A stretch of 64,000 nucleotides of DNA. Origin: Octopus sinensis (taxonomy: Eukaryota). Both the position numbers and the translations under genes were made by a program. The notes beneath the pieces were generated by a model. It was not told where the DNA came from. It did no database searches and worked only from the letters and a program-made list of their open reading frames with translations. Positions 52,570 to 64,000 of this stretch are shown here, one piece after another. Location: contig NC_042997.1 of the NCBI RefSeq assembly GCF_006345805.1, positions 47,802,001 to 47,866,000 on the forward strand, read 5' to 3'. How positions within the stretch are numbered: position 1 is the first letter of the stretch; every line of letters begins with the position of its first letter.

Positions 52570-52730
52570 GCCTGAAATTTGGTAAGTGGGAGCTAGTCAA
52601 TAACGTCGACTCTAGTGATTAACTGGTACTAAATTCGGCGACTCCGATAGATTGAAGACCAAAGTCGAAACTTGAACTCAAAACATAAAGACGGAGGAAA
52701 TTTCTCTTGTGGACAGCTCGCCACTTTCTT
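52570..52730 (-). mobile_element. Degenerate SINE family B copy with alternative 3' tail
   Basis: GTCGAC..AGTGATTAACTGGTACT...AAAGTCGA..TTGAACTCA.AAC.TAAAGAC and CAGCTCGCC; tail resembles that at 1640-1690. Confidence 0.6.
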
Positions 52731-55192
52731 ATATTTTAGATGATAATAAAGACTAGTTGACAAAATTTAGCTGGGGAATACGTTTGGAGAAGAGATGGTT
52801 GACACAAGTATAGAGAAATAATTTTCACCGGTCACAAAGGCTACCTTCACATTTCAACGTATCCTTTACGTGGAAACCATACCTGCTAGAAATAGAGCCG
52901 AATCTCTCAAATAAAATTCCTGTACTCTGAAACAAGGGGAGATATATTTAGCCAACTTATTTATGAACAAATGAAGGCTGGACTTTCATCGTTGGTATGC
53001 CTTTGCTCATAGATATTTTCTGTCCGCGCTGACCCAAGGCTAGCAAGAATAACAAATGTTGCATACCCTTCAGAATCCAAGAAGAAAATGCATTTGTCCA
53101 TATTTGATTTTAGAACACGTGAGGCATAGTTATAGAGCAAGTTATTACGTAACATTAACACCAATAGCTTTGTCTTTTCCTCAATAGCTTCCCTTACAAA
53201 GGAAGAAATTAACTTCTTTGTCTTTTTTGGTTTTGAATATAAATATATTTAACGCAAAATTGCCAACTTTCTTTTATGTTTCATTCGGAAAAGAAAACAT
53301 AGACATATCGTTGCTCTCACTAGATGTTTTATTGCATACATTTTGCAGAGTTGTTTGTGTAAACCATAGCTATAAATATCAAAATTAAAGAAAAATAGAG
53401 GTCATTGATTACATATTGTTTGGCTACAAAAAAAAAATTGGAAGAAGAAATACTATATATTTTCAATTTAGGCGAATCGTGAAGAAACCGATGTATTAAA
53501 AGATAGATTTTTACGCAAGATTAATGATAAGATTAATGTGATACATCATATGAGTAGATTAATGTTCAGAAATTTAATTTATCTGTAGCGTATCAGAAAG
53601 AAATGTTCCATTAGATTTTCCTTTGATGCAACGTCAGATACATAAATGAAACAGAATGCAAATAAAGTTACAGACACTTATTCCTATCACACACGTCCCT
53701 TATATGATTCATTATCAAATATTTGCGTAAATGTATTTAATGTTATTCTATCATTTACCTACACGTTAAGCCTGTAAGGGATAAAAATCTCAAGAAAAAT
53801 ATCAGAAATTCACAGCCACGGTAACTATATCGTTTCACCTATGTTTCTGCTCCTTTCCCTGATAGAGTTTCTTTAAGCATTTTGATTTTTTCAGCTTAGT
53901 CTACGCCTAAATATCATTAAGCTATTTTCTCCTAGCTCGGTCTCTTCCCTTTTTACTATATATTATTCACAATATGTATGATCGACCCAATCATTATAAC
54001 GCTGAGACCGAAGCACTGTCTATTTTTCTACGCGTATATTAAATTCATGTTTCTTTCAACGACATTAAAAAAAATGAAACTATAAAAAAGAATTTTCTCA
54101 GTAAAAACTCCGTGACTCTTTTTCTTCTAATTTTTTGGTTGGAATACAAAAGATTATAAGAGAGCCTTTAATTGGTCACTTGACATGCTAAAAATAGCAA
54201 AAATCACACACCACTGTTTAAATAGAGAAAACGCTTTGGAATATATAGTCCTGTATATTCACAAAGAGATCAGATCCGAACGCCTTTGATCATGTGTCTG
54301 CTCTTTGAAAACTGAATAAAAGCTAAAAAAATGTTAATACAACAAAAGGCTGCAATAATGCCATTTTATTTTATTTTTATAATTCGCTGAATAGAATAAT
54401 AAGGATAATAACTTATTGATTAGTTACAGTATATTTATGTGTCAGCTAACTAAATAGATTAATAATAGAAATCTAACAGAAAATATATGGAAGGCAATGA
54501 CTATATTTGTGATGTCTGGAATTTAAACAGCAAGAAAAGGAAGAAAATATTGGAAATAGACTTGTCTGGAAAGCAATCGATTTTACTCTCTTTCCTGGTA
54601 ACTTCTTAAATACTATGCCGATCACCGAAAAGTACGAAAAGTATTACAATATTTAAAGAAATATTCTAACGCTGCGGTTTCTCAGCGTCCAGATAATTAC
54701 TAAAAACCACTATGGAATTGTTTTTAAATAGCCTGAGAATACGTTTAACGTAGAGAAAATAGGCCCCATCTGAATAATTGATCTCAAGCGGGCATTGAAC
54801 TCAATTCACTTAATAGAAATATATAAATGACATTAGCTAAAAGAAAAGATAGGAGAAAAAAATATTTGAATGATTTCCATGATGTTAAAAATGTGCACGC
54901 TAGTTACATTTATTTACTTACAATTCTTTAATTTACGAAATTTAATGCATGTCTATCGTTAGGGAATCAAAGTTTGTTTTAAGTAAAGACATCTCTTGAG
55001 AAACCATGCTTTCTCTAATCCCAATGAAGTTCAATCATTGCTCAGAGGTATACTCAAAGAGCAATTTCAAGGATTATACCGGCTTTAGCACTGACTATTA
55101 TGGAAACTGAATATGTGAAAGGCATCGTCAGACTGGAATTAACCAAATAACGGAAACTAAATTGTATGATATTGTCAAATTAATTATGCATA

Positions 55193-55600
55193 GGCGCAGG
55201 AGTCGCTGTGTGGTAAGTAGCTTGCTTACCAACCACATGGTTACGGGTTCCGTCCCACTGCGTGGAACCTTGGGCAAGTTTCTGCTACAACAGCCTCGGG
55301 CCGACTAAAACCTTGTGAGTGGATTTGGTAGACGGAAACTGAAAGAAGCCCGTCGTATATATGTATACATATGTATGTATGTGTATACGTTTGTATGCCT
55401 GCCTTTGTCCCCCCGACATCGCTTGACAATCGATGCTGGTCTGTTTACGTCCCCGTAACTTAGCGGTGCGGGAAAAGAGACCGATAGAATAAGTATTAGC
55501 CTTACAAAGTTTAAGTCCTGGGGTCGATTTGCTCGACTACTGGCGGTGCTACAGCATGGCCGCATCCAAATGATTGAAACAAGTAAAATAATAAAAAGAA
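55193..55600 (+). mobile_element. SINE family A, full length
   Basis: GGCGCAGGAGTCGCTGTGTGGTAAG (A-box-like), GGGTTCCGTCCC (B-box-like), internal microsatellite, conserved 3' half and A-rich tail. Confidence 0.92.
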
Positions 55601-55814
55601 AAAGAATATATTTCCAAAGACACGCATAAATATGCACGGCCATTACAAAAATCAAAATTACTGAAACAAGCAAAACTATGGCCCTAAATTAAAATTATTG
55701 GATTTAGTTCTATGTCAGTAAACTCTTGAGAAAGAGAAGCACCGATGTCCGAACTACATTCTCCTACTGAATGTTATATATAACACAACATAAAATTGCA
55801 CCTGTGATAGGTCT

Positions 55815-55883
55815 GCGGAAGTGACGCTCTAATTCCTAAAACCGGAAATGTTACGTGAATTTTCATTTGGAATTTTACGTGAA
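55815..55883. promoter_or_regulatory. Candidate promoter module (ETS-CRE composite plus second ETS site)
   Basis: GCGGAAGTGACG (55815-55826), ACCGGAAAT (55841-55849), TTACGTGAA twice (55851-55859, 55875-55883); motif match only. Confidence 0.3.
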
Positions 55884-55971
55884 CTCACGTTGAAAGCAGA
55901 TTTGATACAGAAACAATTGTAACTGATTGTTAACGATGAGTAAAAGTATCTCTTTGTTTACTTATTCGAAT

Positions 55972-56004
<33 letters not shown>

Positions 56005-56185
56005 CCTTGTCTTCGAAACGTGGACTAGATGAAACAGGGAAAACTGAAGAAAAGGAATATTCTTTATGTTGTATGTCTCGTTTCTCTTTTTTATTCGAAA
56101 AAACGTTCGTTTCTATGTTTTTCCTTTTATGATTTCGTTTCTCATTGTGTTCAAAGTTTTTTTTTTATGTCTTGTTCCCATACAT
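56005..56185 (+). mobile_element. Possible Penelope-like terminal remnant lacking the 5' half of the hammerhead
   Basis: TCGAAACGT followed by a T-rich tail, between (TA)n tracts; layout analogy only. Confidence 0.3.
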
Positions 56186-56202
56186 GCATGTATATATACA
56201 TA

Positions 56203-56246
<44 letters not shown>

Positions 56247-56343
56247 ATATATATAATATATATATTATATATATATGCATATATTTATATATTTTATATA
56301 TATATATGTGTGTGGGTGTGTGCGTGTGTGCGTGTGTGTGTGC

Positions 56344-56384
<41 letters not shown>

Positions 56385-56929
56385 ACGAACCGCAGAAGTA
56401 ACGTGATATGTCATTTTTATATGGTAACTTCTGAAAATTCATTTCGGGGATGCAAGTGTAAATATTCCAAGATATGCTGGTTTATGGCTCAGACCTAAAT
56501 TGCAGGCAATTTTTCAACTTTCCCTGAAACGTGACGCCAAAACGCAGCGGCGTTGAATGTCGTGAGTGGCAGTCGAAAAACATTGTCATAGAAGCTGAAA
56601 TGCATGTGCATCTGTGGAGGTGATGGGTATACAAATCAACTTGAACCGCGTTCCTGGCATTCGTAATTTCTCCATTTTCTTTTGGTTTATTGCCCTGTTG
56701 AAGTTGTACCGTGAATTATATATATCGTTATTTATTTGTTGAACATTGTTACATTTGCTGTTACATTTGTTGTTACACATTGTTATTGTTTGTGTAAGTC
56801 TTTTTGGTGTGTCCCCTCGTTACGAGGGGTAATTGTTATTCGCTAGGGCAGTGTGCCCAACAACATTACTCCAGTCAAAGAGACACAAGCTACGAAATAC
56901 GCGATGGAACGAAAAAACTTAGAGAAGCG

Positions 56930-57770
56930 AAACATTTTGCTGCAGCCGTCACTGTTGCAAAAACCAAAACAAATTGCCCATACCGATGAACTATAGAAAA
57001 TGTCGAAAAGAGAACCGTAATTTACAAAAATTGAACTGTGAAAGACAAAAAGTTAGATGTAGCTTCTAAAGAAGTCATGGAACTAGCTTTGAAACACAAA
57101 TGGAATGATGTAACGTTCTTAAGAGGAAGAAAATATGCAACGGTGAAAGTAATATTCAAATCCAAGGAGCTGTCGAAATTCACTCTATAGAAACTCTAGG
57201 GACAGCAGAGGTGGTACTTTTACCAACAGAAGAACGTCTAGATTTAAAGTAGGTGAAATATCAGCGGAAGTGAATGCAGGTTTCCTGATGGCAGTCATAT
57301 GTTTTGGAATGGAAGAAAAATGGCAATCCTACAAGCAACAATAACAGAGTGTCTAAATTGGCAGGGGAAGGAGATTGAGATTATTGTTCAAGCTTTCCCT
57401 GTCGACCTTTAGTATATAATAGAGGTTATCGAGGTGGGGGAAAACAAGCTCCGAATAATAGTAAAAGGGAGGAGGCCTCGGTGTTTTAGATGTGGTCAGC
57501 TAGGCCACATCAGAGTCGAGTGCAAACCTCCCCAAAACAAGCAACGAATACCCCACCTCCAGAAGAATCTGCAAATGTGAGATCACCATCATCACCAAAA
57601 TCATCACCAAGATCAACAGAAGAAACTAAAGGAGAAATGTCAGAAAATACAGAAGAAGGGAAGTGGAAACAACAAAGGAAGACAAAAAAAAAGCAAAAGA
57701 GAAAAAATTGTCAACCTGCACCGTTGAGCCCGATATTGAAAAAAAGCACAGAGTTTCTTTAATTGGGAAT
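56930..57770 (+). mobile_element. Decayed gag-like ORF1 of a non-LTR retrotransposon with CCHC zinc knuckle
   Basis: GRRPR-CFRCGQLGHIRVEC (C-x2-C-x4-H-x4-C, 57482-57523) followed, after a frameshift, by a Ser/Pro-rich then basic tail (GKWKQQRKTKKKQKRK); upstream frame has multiple stops. Confidence 0.7.
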
Positions 57771-57902
57771 TACAGCTACGATTGGCTTCGTGTTCTGAAG
57801 AAGTAAGAAAATATCCCAGTGCCTTAATTTATGAAGCTGATCACATGGAGGAAAGGTATACGTCTCCATTTGATATATATATATATATACATACATCGTA
57901 AA

Positions 57903-58305
57903 TATATATTTGCCAACTGTATGTGGCGGTCCCATATAGGGCGGTGTTACTGTTATTTTTAGCCCCAGGAAGACATCTCTTCTAGCTGGCTAACGACACA
58001 CTGGCTGTGTCAGATTAGTATTCGCGAGGGGAGGTCTTCCATCTCTAGGCTTACGTGATACACACAGACCCGTCTTCAGTGTATAAATAATCATCGGCAA
58101 AATACAATATGTGCTTTCCAGAGACAAAATATCGCTGGTCTCGAAAAGTGAGAAATAAGCTACATTAAATCTCTAACAGTGATTGTACGGAATTGTAAAA
58201 TATATTTGCCAACAGAACGTAGCGGTCCTTCAAAGGAAGGTGTTACTGTTGTTTTTAGCCCCAAGACGACATCTCCTCCAACTGGCTAACGACATACTGT
58301 ATCCG
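57903..58305 (+). mobile_element. Unclassified terminally redundant repeat, monomer about 296 bp
   Basis: About 100-bp diverged direct repeat (TGCCAAC at 57911 and 58207; shared GGTGTTACTGTT, TTTAGCCCCA, GACATCTC, CTGGCTAACGACA). Confidence 0.75.
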
Positions 58306-58514
58306 GTATAAATGTATGCATGCATATATGCATGTACCATATCAAAACCGCTTGCATGCCAGTGAGAATATTCACTAGCATTTCGGGTGTCTTTACGCCC
58401 TGATTTCAAGTTTTCCCTTTCCACTTTTCGGATTCTGTAAAATAACCACCAGTTGAGCGGTGGATTCAATGTAATCGACGAGCTCCTCCAAAGTTTCAGG
58501 CATTTTGCATACCT

Positions 58515-58558
58515 AAAGGTGTTTGGATATGTATTTTGATACATATCCAAACACCTTT
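58515..58558. repeat. Perfect 20-bp inverted repeat with 4-nt loop
   Basis: AAAGGTGTTTGGATATGTAT-TTTG-ATACATATCCAAACACCTTT. Confidence 0.95.
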
Positions 58559-58928
58559 CTAAAATACCTGTATCCTCAGTGAAGTCGCCATTATTCATTA
58601 CTTTCTTTCATAAGAAGCTTAATGGCAATAAATGTGTAATTCGCTCCTTGTACTTCATTTGAAACAGCAATTATTTTGCAGCATACATCTCACACATTCT
58701 AAAATTTTTGTAAGAAATCAGCGTTTTGATACTTTCATACTTGTGCATGTGTGTGCGCATGTGTGTGTCTGTGCGTGTGTGCATGCGTGTATGTGTGCAT
58801 GCGTGTATGTGTGTATGCGTGAGTGCCTGCGATTATTTCTATGCGTATCTCTACATTCATATGTGGGTATATATATAGATATATGTGTGTGTGTATACAC
58901 ACTCACACACACACACACACACACACAC

Positions 58929-58983
<55 letters not shown>

Positions 58984-59903
58984 GCACACACTCTGGGAAG
59001 GAGGAAAAACAAAACCAAAATGCTAAGTGTTTCATTGAATGGATATCATTTACTTCATATGTGCATTTTATGCCAATAAGAGCAGTTCATTTTTTTCATA
59101 CAGCTGTGATTTTTTCTTCACTGATTCACACAAACTCGCACACACACACACACACACACACACCGCACAGACATACACACACACCCACACGCACAGACAT
59201 ATACATGTATATATATCCACGCAAATGTATGTGTATATGTATGTATATATGTATGTATGCATGTATATGTGCTTATGTGTATTGTGGGTGTGTTAATTAA
59301 ATTTTTTTTATAAAAGGCTGCAGTAAATTAAAACGAAACATGAGGAGTTATTTCCGTTACAGAACACAATGAGAGTATGCTGCTTAAATAAAATAACATT
59401 TACTCAATTTTCATATATTCCTATGTCTATAAATTGAAAAAAAAACTATTTTCATGAAATGTTATTGAAGAAGCCAAATATAAGGACATTCAATTTAATA
59501 ACGTTATTAATTTGTAGAATGAGCTGTGGATTATGAATGTTGTGCAAAGGGATTTTGTTGAATATATGAACAAAAACTGCCAACGCTGATTATACACTGA
59601 AACTGTTAACTGCAAATTTCTAATATGTTAGTGTTTCAATGGTTTAGCTGATGTTTCGTTTGAAAAAAGGGAACATAAAAAGGATCATCCTTAAAAAAAA
59701 AAAAGGTTTTGCTCCTTCATAGCATTTAAATTAAAGAGGGGAAAAAACCTAAGAATTATAAAGATTCTCTTATATGAACACATAGCAAACAAATGGAAGG
59801 AATTTTGTCGTCTTACCAATTTCATAAGATATTCCTTTAACACGAAAAGGCAATATTCGGAATGATATTTTTAATATGACTTCAGAGAAATGGCTATTTT
59901 TAT

Positions 59904-59948
<45 letters not shown>

Positions 59949-59969
59949 GCGTTCGAATGTCCGTGTTTG

Positions 59970-60230
59970 TGTATGTGTGTATTTATGAGTATGTGTGTAT
60001 GCATGAATATGTGTATACATTTATATATATATATATATATATATAGATATATATGTATATATACATATACATATATATATACCTATATATATATACATAC
60101 ATTTGTACATATATATACATACATGCATATTCATATATATACATATATACATATATATACACGTACATACATATTCATATATATATATACATATATATAT
60201 ATTTACACACACACACATATATATATGGAT
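59970..60230. repeat. Degenerate (TA)/(TACA) microsatellite block
   Basis: Direct reading. Confidence 0.9.
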
Positions 60231-61284
60231 GGATGGTGATGGGTATATACGTATATGTGTGCATGCTTTTGCGTGTATCTAAACATACATAAATATTTAA
60301 TCATATACACGTCATGTTAAGGAACATTACGAAAGAAAATTGCTATAAACAACATTTCTGATTGCAAAGGAAGAATATATTTACAAATTTGCAAGAAAAA
60401 TGCCTTCAGTTTATATAGGAAAGTAGGAAAAAAGGCCCAAAATAATACATATAAAACTGTACAAGTTTTTGATATCGCTTACGGTATCATTAATGGATGC
60501 AGAAATTATAAAGCAGGCCTCAGGTTTTCGTTTTTTGTTGCTGTTTTTTCTTTCTCTTTTTTTTTTTTGGTTTTTCTGCTTTTTTTTCTACGAATGCCTC
60601 TTGAATAGAAGAACAAATATTTGGTATAATGCACTTACAGATTTCTTTTTCATATCCTTTGATCTGAAATAATGTCCAAATGAACTCTTCTGCGACATTT
60701 ATAGAATGTAATGTTGGGTATCTTATTGTTCAGAAAACGTTTGTGTGGAGATATGGTTGTCATAAATAACAAACAGAAAATATAATAAATAACGTACAAA
60801 TATATATATAAATCACCAATACGCATCGGAGTTTAGTGTTATTAGATTTTGTTTTCTTTTTGATTGAAAATTCTTTAAAGAAACTGCGAAACTCTATTGC
60901 GTATCAAATAATCTCTTGCAGGCAAAAGAATAAAAGCAAATCTCAAGTGTGTTTTCAGTTTCTTTATCATAATACGTAAACTACATCTATTCATGCTATC
61001 GTTACATAAAAAACATTCTATAATACAGTAGCGTTGGGCATAGATAGGAGACATCTACACTCGTAAGATTTGCATATATAAACACAACTTACGTAGATGT
61101 TGCTATTGAGTAGATCATTTATCTCATCTGATAGTTTTGACTGCAAACAAACTGGCAGATGAAAAAAAAAAGGCTAGAATGAATGGCTTCAGGTAACACT
61201 GCCAACTTTAACTCATTCGATTATTGGTAGTTAATACAAGAATATCAGCCGCAATAACTACTACAGCTGATATCATTCAGTGAT

Positions 61285-61324
61285 AATATGATCATGATAA
61301 TAATGATGATGACGACGGTCATAA

Positions 61325-61363
<39 letters not shown>

Positions 61364-61367
61364 TAAA

Positions 61368-61413
<46 letters not shown>

Positions 61414-61431
61414 TTAATAATAATAATAATC

Positions 61432-61502
<71 letters not shown>

Positions 61503-61572
61503 GATAATAATAATGATGATGATGATAATAATAATAAAATTAACAATAATAATAATGATGGTGATGATAATA
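61285..61572 (+). repeat. (AAT)n/(GAT)n microsatellite
   Basis: Direct reading. Confidence 0.95.
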
Positions 61573-62896
61573 AGTTCAGTAAATATAATATGTGTTTCAA
61601 ATTTATGTATACAAGTATCCTCTAATTTACTTATACTAACATGGTTGTAATTAAGGTACATATGTATACAGATTATGTTTTGAAATGTCAAGTACTATTT
61701 AAGGTAAATTTATGCACATATCTATATAAGCAAATAAAGATACGTACGTACGCGTGCTTTTATGTATGTGTGTGTATACATACATAGGTATATATGTGTG
61801 TATGTATGTGAGTGTGTGTGTGAATGTGTGTATGTATGTTTGTATGTATGTATGTATGTATATATGGAGTGAGTTATGTATTGGGCATATTGATATACGT
61901 GGTTACTATTTTATATACAAGAATCCGAACAGTTAAAAATCGATCTGTTGATTATATATCGAAAACTAATATAGTGCGTGGAGATGCTGTTATACCACAT
62001 GTAATCTTCTGGTGAATATATTAATGAGTGTGAATACAATACACTTCTGAAAAGAAATTCAGTTCCTTTTCTTACCGAGACTGTCTATTATCAACAAACA
62101 TTAAGCTAAGAGGTAAGACCTACGAGCAATAAATCAACTAACGCGAAAATAATATGAATTAAGACTTAAATGTAAAATGTAATATTAAATTGGCCAACAT
62201 AGCTTAACTATTATTGGTTTCATACATTTCAGAGCAAAAGCTATTTGGACGCCAGTTGCAGCAAAATTAAAAGCAAATCTTTAAAACATACGTATAGTTA
62301 TTCAATAGAAATCTTGATGGTTGGGTTTAGCTTCTAATTCAAGAGACCGAGGGTGGAATACAACACATGAATTTCTTGGCATATGCAATATTAATGTGTG
62401 TATAAACAGGCGAGTATGAGGTAAGAATAGATTAGTTTTATGTTTCGGAGAGCAACACATAACGGATAACATATGTTACAAAGTCAGGAATCCATGTGGA
62501 GAAGAAAACGAAGTTAATGCTCAGAAAATTCTTTTAAATGTTAGTAAATTTTATTAAATGCAATGAAAAATCGAAATAATAATCTTAATTTACATTTTCT
62601 TTTGGTTTCTTCTTTATAATCGTTAGACTGTTCTTGTAGGGCATTATCAGTGGGAATCTAGAACTCTAGTATATTGCTGTAATGTTAATAAACGTGTTAA
62701 TGATAATGAATATTTATTGATTAATTCAAAGAAAATTATTTGAAAATAAATACACTCGAGGCAACTTTAGTATGATAAATCTATACCTGGGGGAATGCAG
62801 AAATTGAGTATGCAAATAAGAAATGTTTCTTTTGCTTTTCTAGCATCAGAAGATTGTAAGCATTCTGTCTTTTCGGAAAAAATACATCTAGGTCTA

Positions 62897-62987
62897 CATT
62901 ATCGTGTCCGGAAAATTGGCCGTACGAATATTCGCCGTATATGATATTTGGCCCTATGAAAAATTCGTCGAATGGACAATGATAATG
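62897..62987. mobile_element. Possible miniature inverted-repeat element (about 90 bp)
   Basis: CATTATCGTGTCC ... GGACAATGATAATG imperfect inverted ends around four degenerate units of about 16-17 bp. Confidence 0.35.
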
Positions 62988-63399
62988 CGTATTGCATCAA
63001 CATTTTTTAAGAAAAAAGGAAAAAGTGAATGATAAATAATAAAAGCTAATGCTTTTATGAAATAGAATGGGCAAGTTTATATTAAACTCCAAGCATTAAA
63101 AATGGGAAGAGGTGATTTAAAACGAAATTTCTTACGGCGAATTTCTATAACCCTGAGTTATACAATGTCTCTTATTCCCAGTAATATTAGTGACCACAGA
63201 AAAGCTCCTTAGTTAATTCGAGTATGAGTTATTTGTATTCAAAACTGCTATAAATGTGGCGATAGCAGCATGGTCGCACAGCTGGGCAATATAACTAATA
63301 AACTTCAGTTTTTCTGGTATCAATTTCTTCCTCAAAGGCGGTTGAAAAAGATGATTGGCAGAAATTCACAAAAACATATCCTTTCTTTTTATTTTTATT

Positions 63400-64000
63400 T
63401 TCTAGCGCTACTTCAACGTCAGATGCTCCTCCATTCAACTTGTTGAAAAGCATCTAAGCCCAGGTCGGGAGAATAAGGTGGGTGGGGAATTTTATTCCAA
63501 CAACGCTCTTCGATCTTCTGTGATGTGATCATTTCAGTGTGGGGTCGTGCATTTTCCTGATGAAACATCACTCCTTTTCCATTCACTAAAGCAGTTTTTT
63601 TCTTCAAAGCTAGGTTCAAACGCTCTAATTGCTGACAGTAGACTGGAGCATTAATTGTTGCATTAGGTGGTAACAATTCAAAGTGAATTACTCCTTTCCA
63701 ATCCCACCAGATAGAGAGAAGAACTGTTTTCACATGACGTTCCCTTCTCGGTTGTGGTTGAGTTATTCCCCTTTCACCAAGCCACTGTTTACAACGTTTA
63801 ACATTTCGATGGAAGATCTATTTATTGAGACCATTCTCTCCAAAAAGCGTGAAATGAGTTCGCGAGAATGGAGAGAAGAGCAGATGTCAACTCGGAATTA
63901 GAAGTTGCTTTCGAAAAATTCATGAGCCACCCATTTTTCAAGTTTAGGAACCTTTCCAAGTTGTTGAAAATGACGATGAACAGTTGTATGGTTTGAACTA
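63400..64000 (-). mobile_element. Mariner transposase pseudogene, continues beyond the window end
   Basis: LLSIWWDWKGVIHFELLPPNATINA..YCQQL, FHQENARPH (D-to-E at the HDNARPH aspartate), HPPYSPDL; WVAHE motif near 63920-63935; first catalytic-aspartate region appears deleted. Confidence 0.9.

Noticed and set aside
52961-53250. About 96-codon minus-strand open frame (...REAIEEKTKLLVLMLRNNLL...)
   Set aside because: No recognisable domain or exon boundaries; this length is reachable by chance in 64 kb.
56813-56829. Palindrome CCCCTCGT-T-ACGAGGGG resembling two mariner ends joined head to head
   Set aside because: Only 8 bp, and similarity to the TIR does not continue on either side.
57911-58000. 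HDV-like or twister ribozyme in the permuted repeat (GGCTAA, GGTCCC, TAACAC motifs)
   Set aside because: The required P1/P3 or pseudoknot pairings could not be built in either orientation.
58230-58598. 122-aa minus-strand ORF spanning the perfect hairpin
   Set aside because: It runs through a palindrome, a microsatellite-like stretch and a repeat; no domain similarity.

Overview
AT-rich, microsatellite-dense eukaryotic non-coding DNA. The SINE families look like those I recall from Octopus (coleoid cephalopod) genomes; this attribution is from memory, not a search. I can support no intact host protein-coding gene, rRNA, tRNA or CRISPR array, and most entries in the ORF track are translated microsatellites. 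The recognisable content is mobile DNA: three tRNA-derived SINE families (here called A, B, C), CR1-like LINE remnants (a 2.8-kb EN+RT fragment at 5248-8064, a 3' fragment at 20304-20998, a decayed copy at about 26200-28830), two mariner transposase remnants, a mariner-type MITE, a Helentron-type non-autonomous element, a gag-like zinc-knuckle ORF1 remnant, and short Penelope-like termini. Most notable: (i) four minimal type-I hammerhead ribozyme motifs in Penelope-like termini next to (TA)n tracts; (ii) an unclassified 296-356-bp repeat present twice as a more-than-one-monomer copy with different start points, as expected from a circular or multimeric template; (iii) SINE-B dimers inserted as one unit between a single target-site duplication; (iv) a perfect 57-bp inverted repeat and a perfect 20-bp hairpin; (v) weak candidate micro-exons suggesting the window may be intronic.
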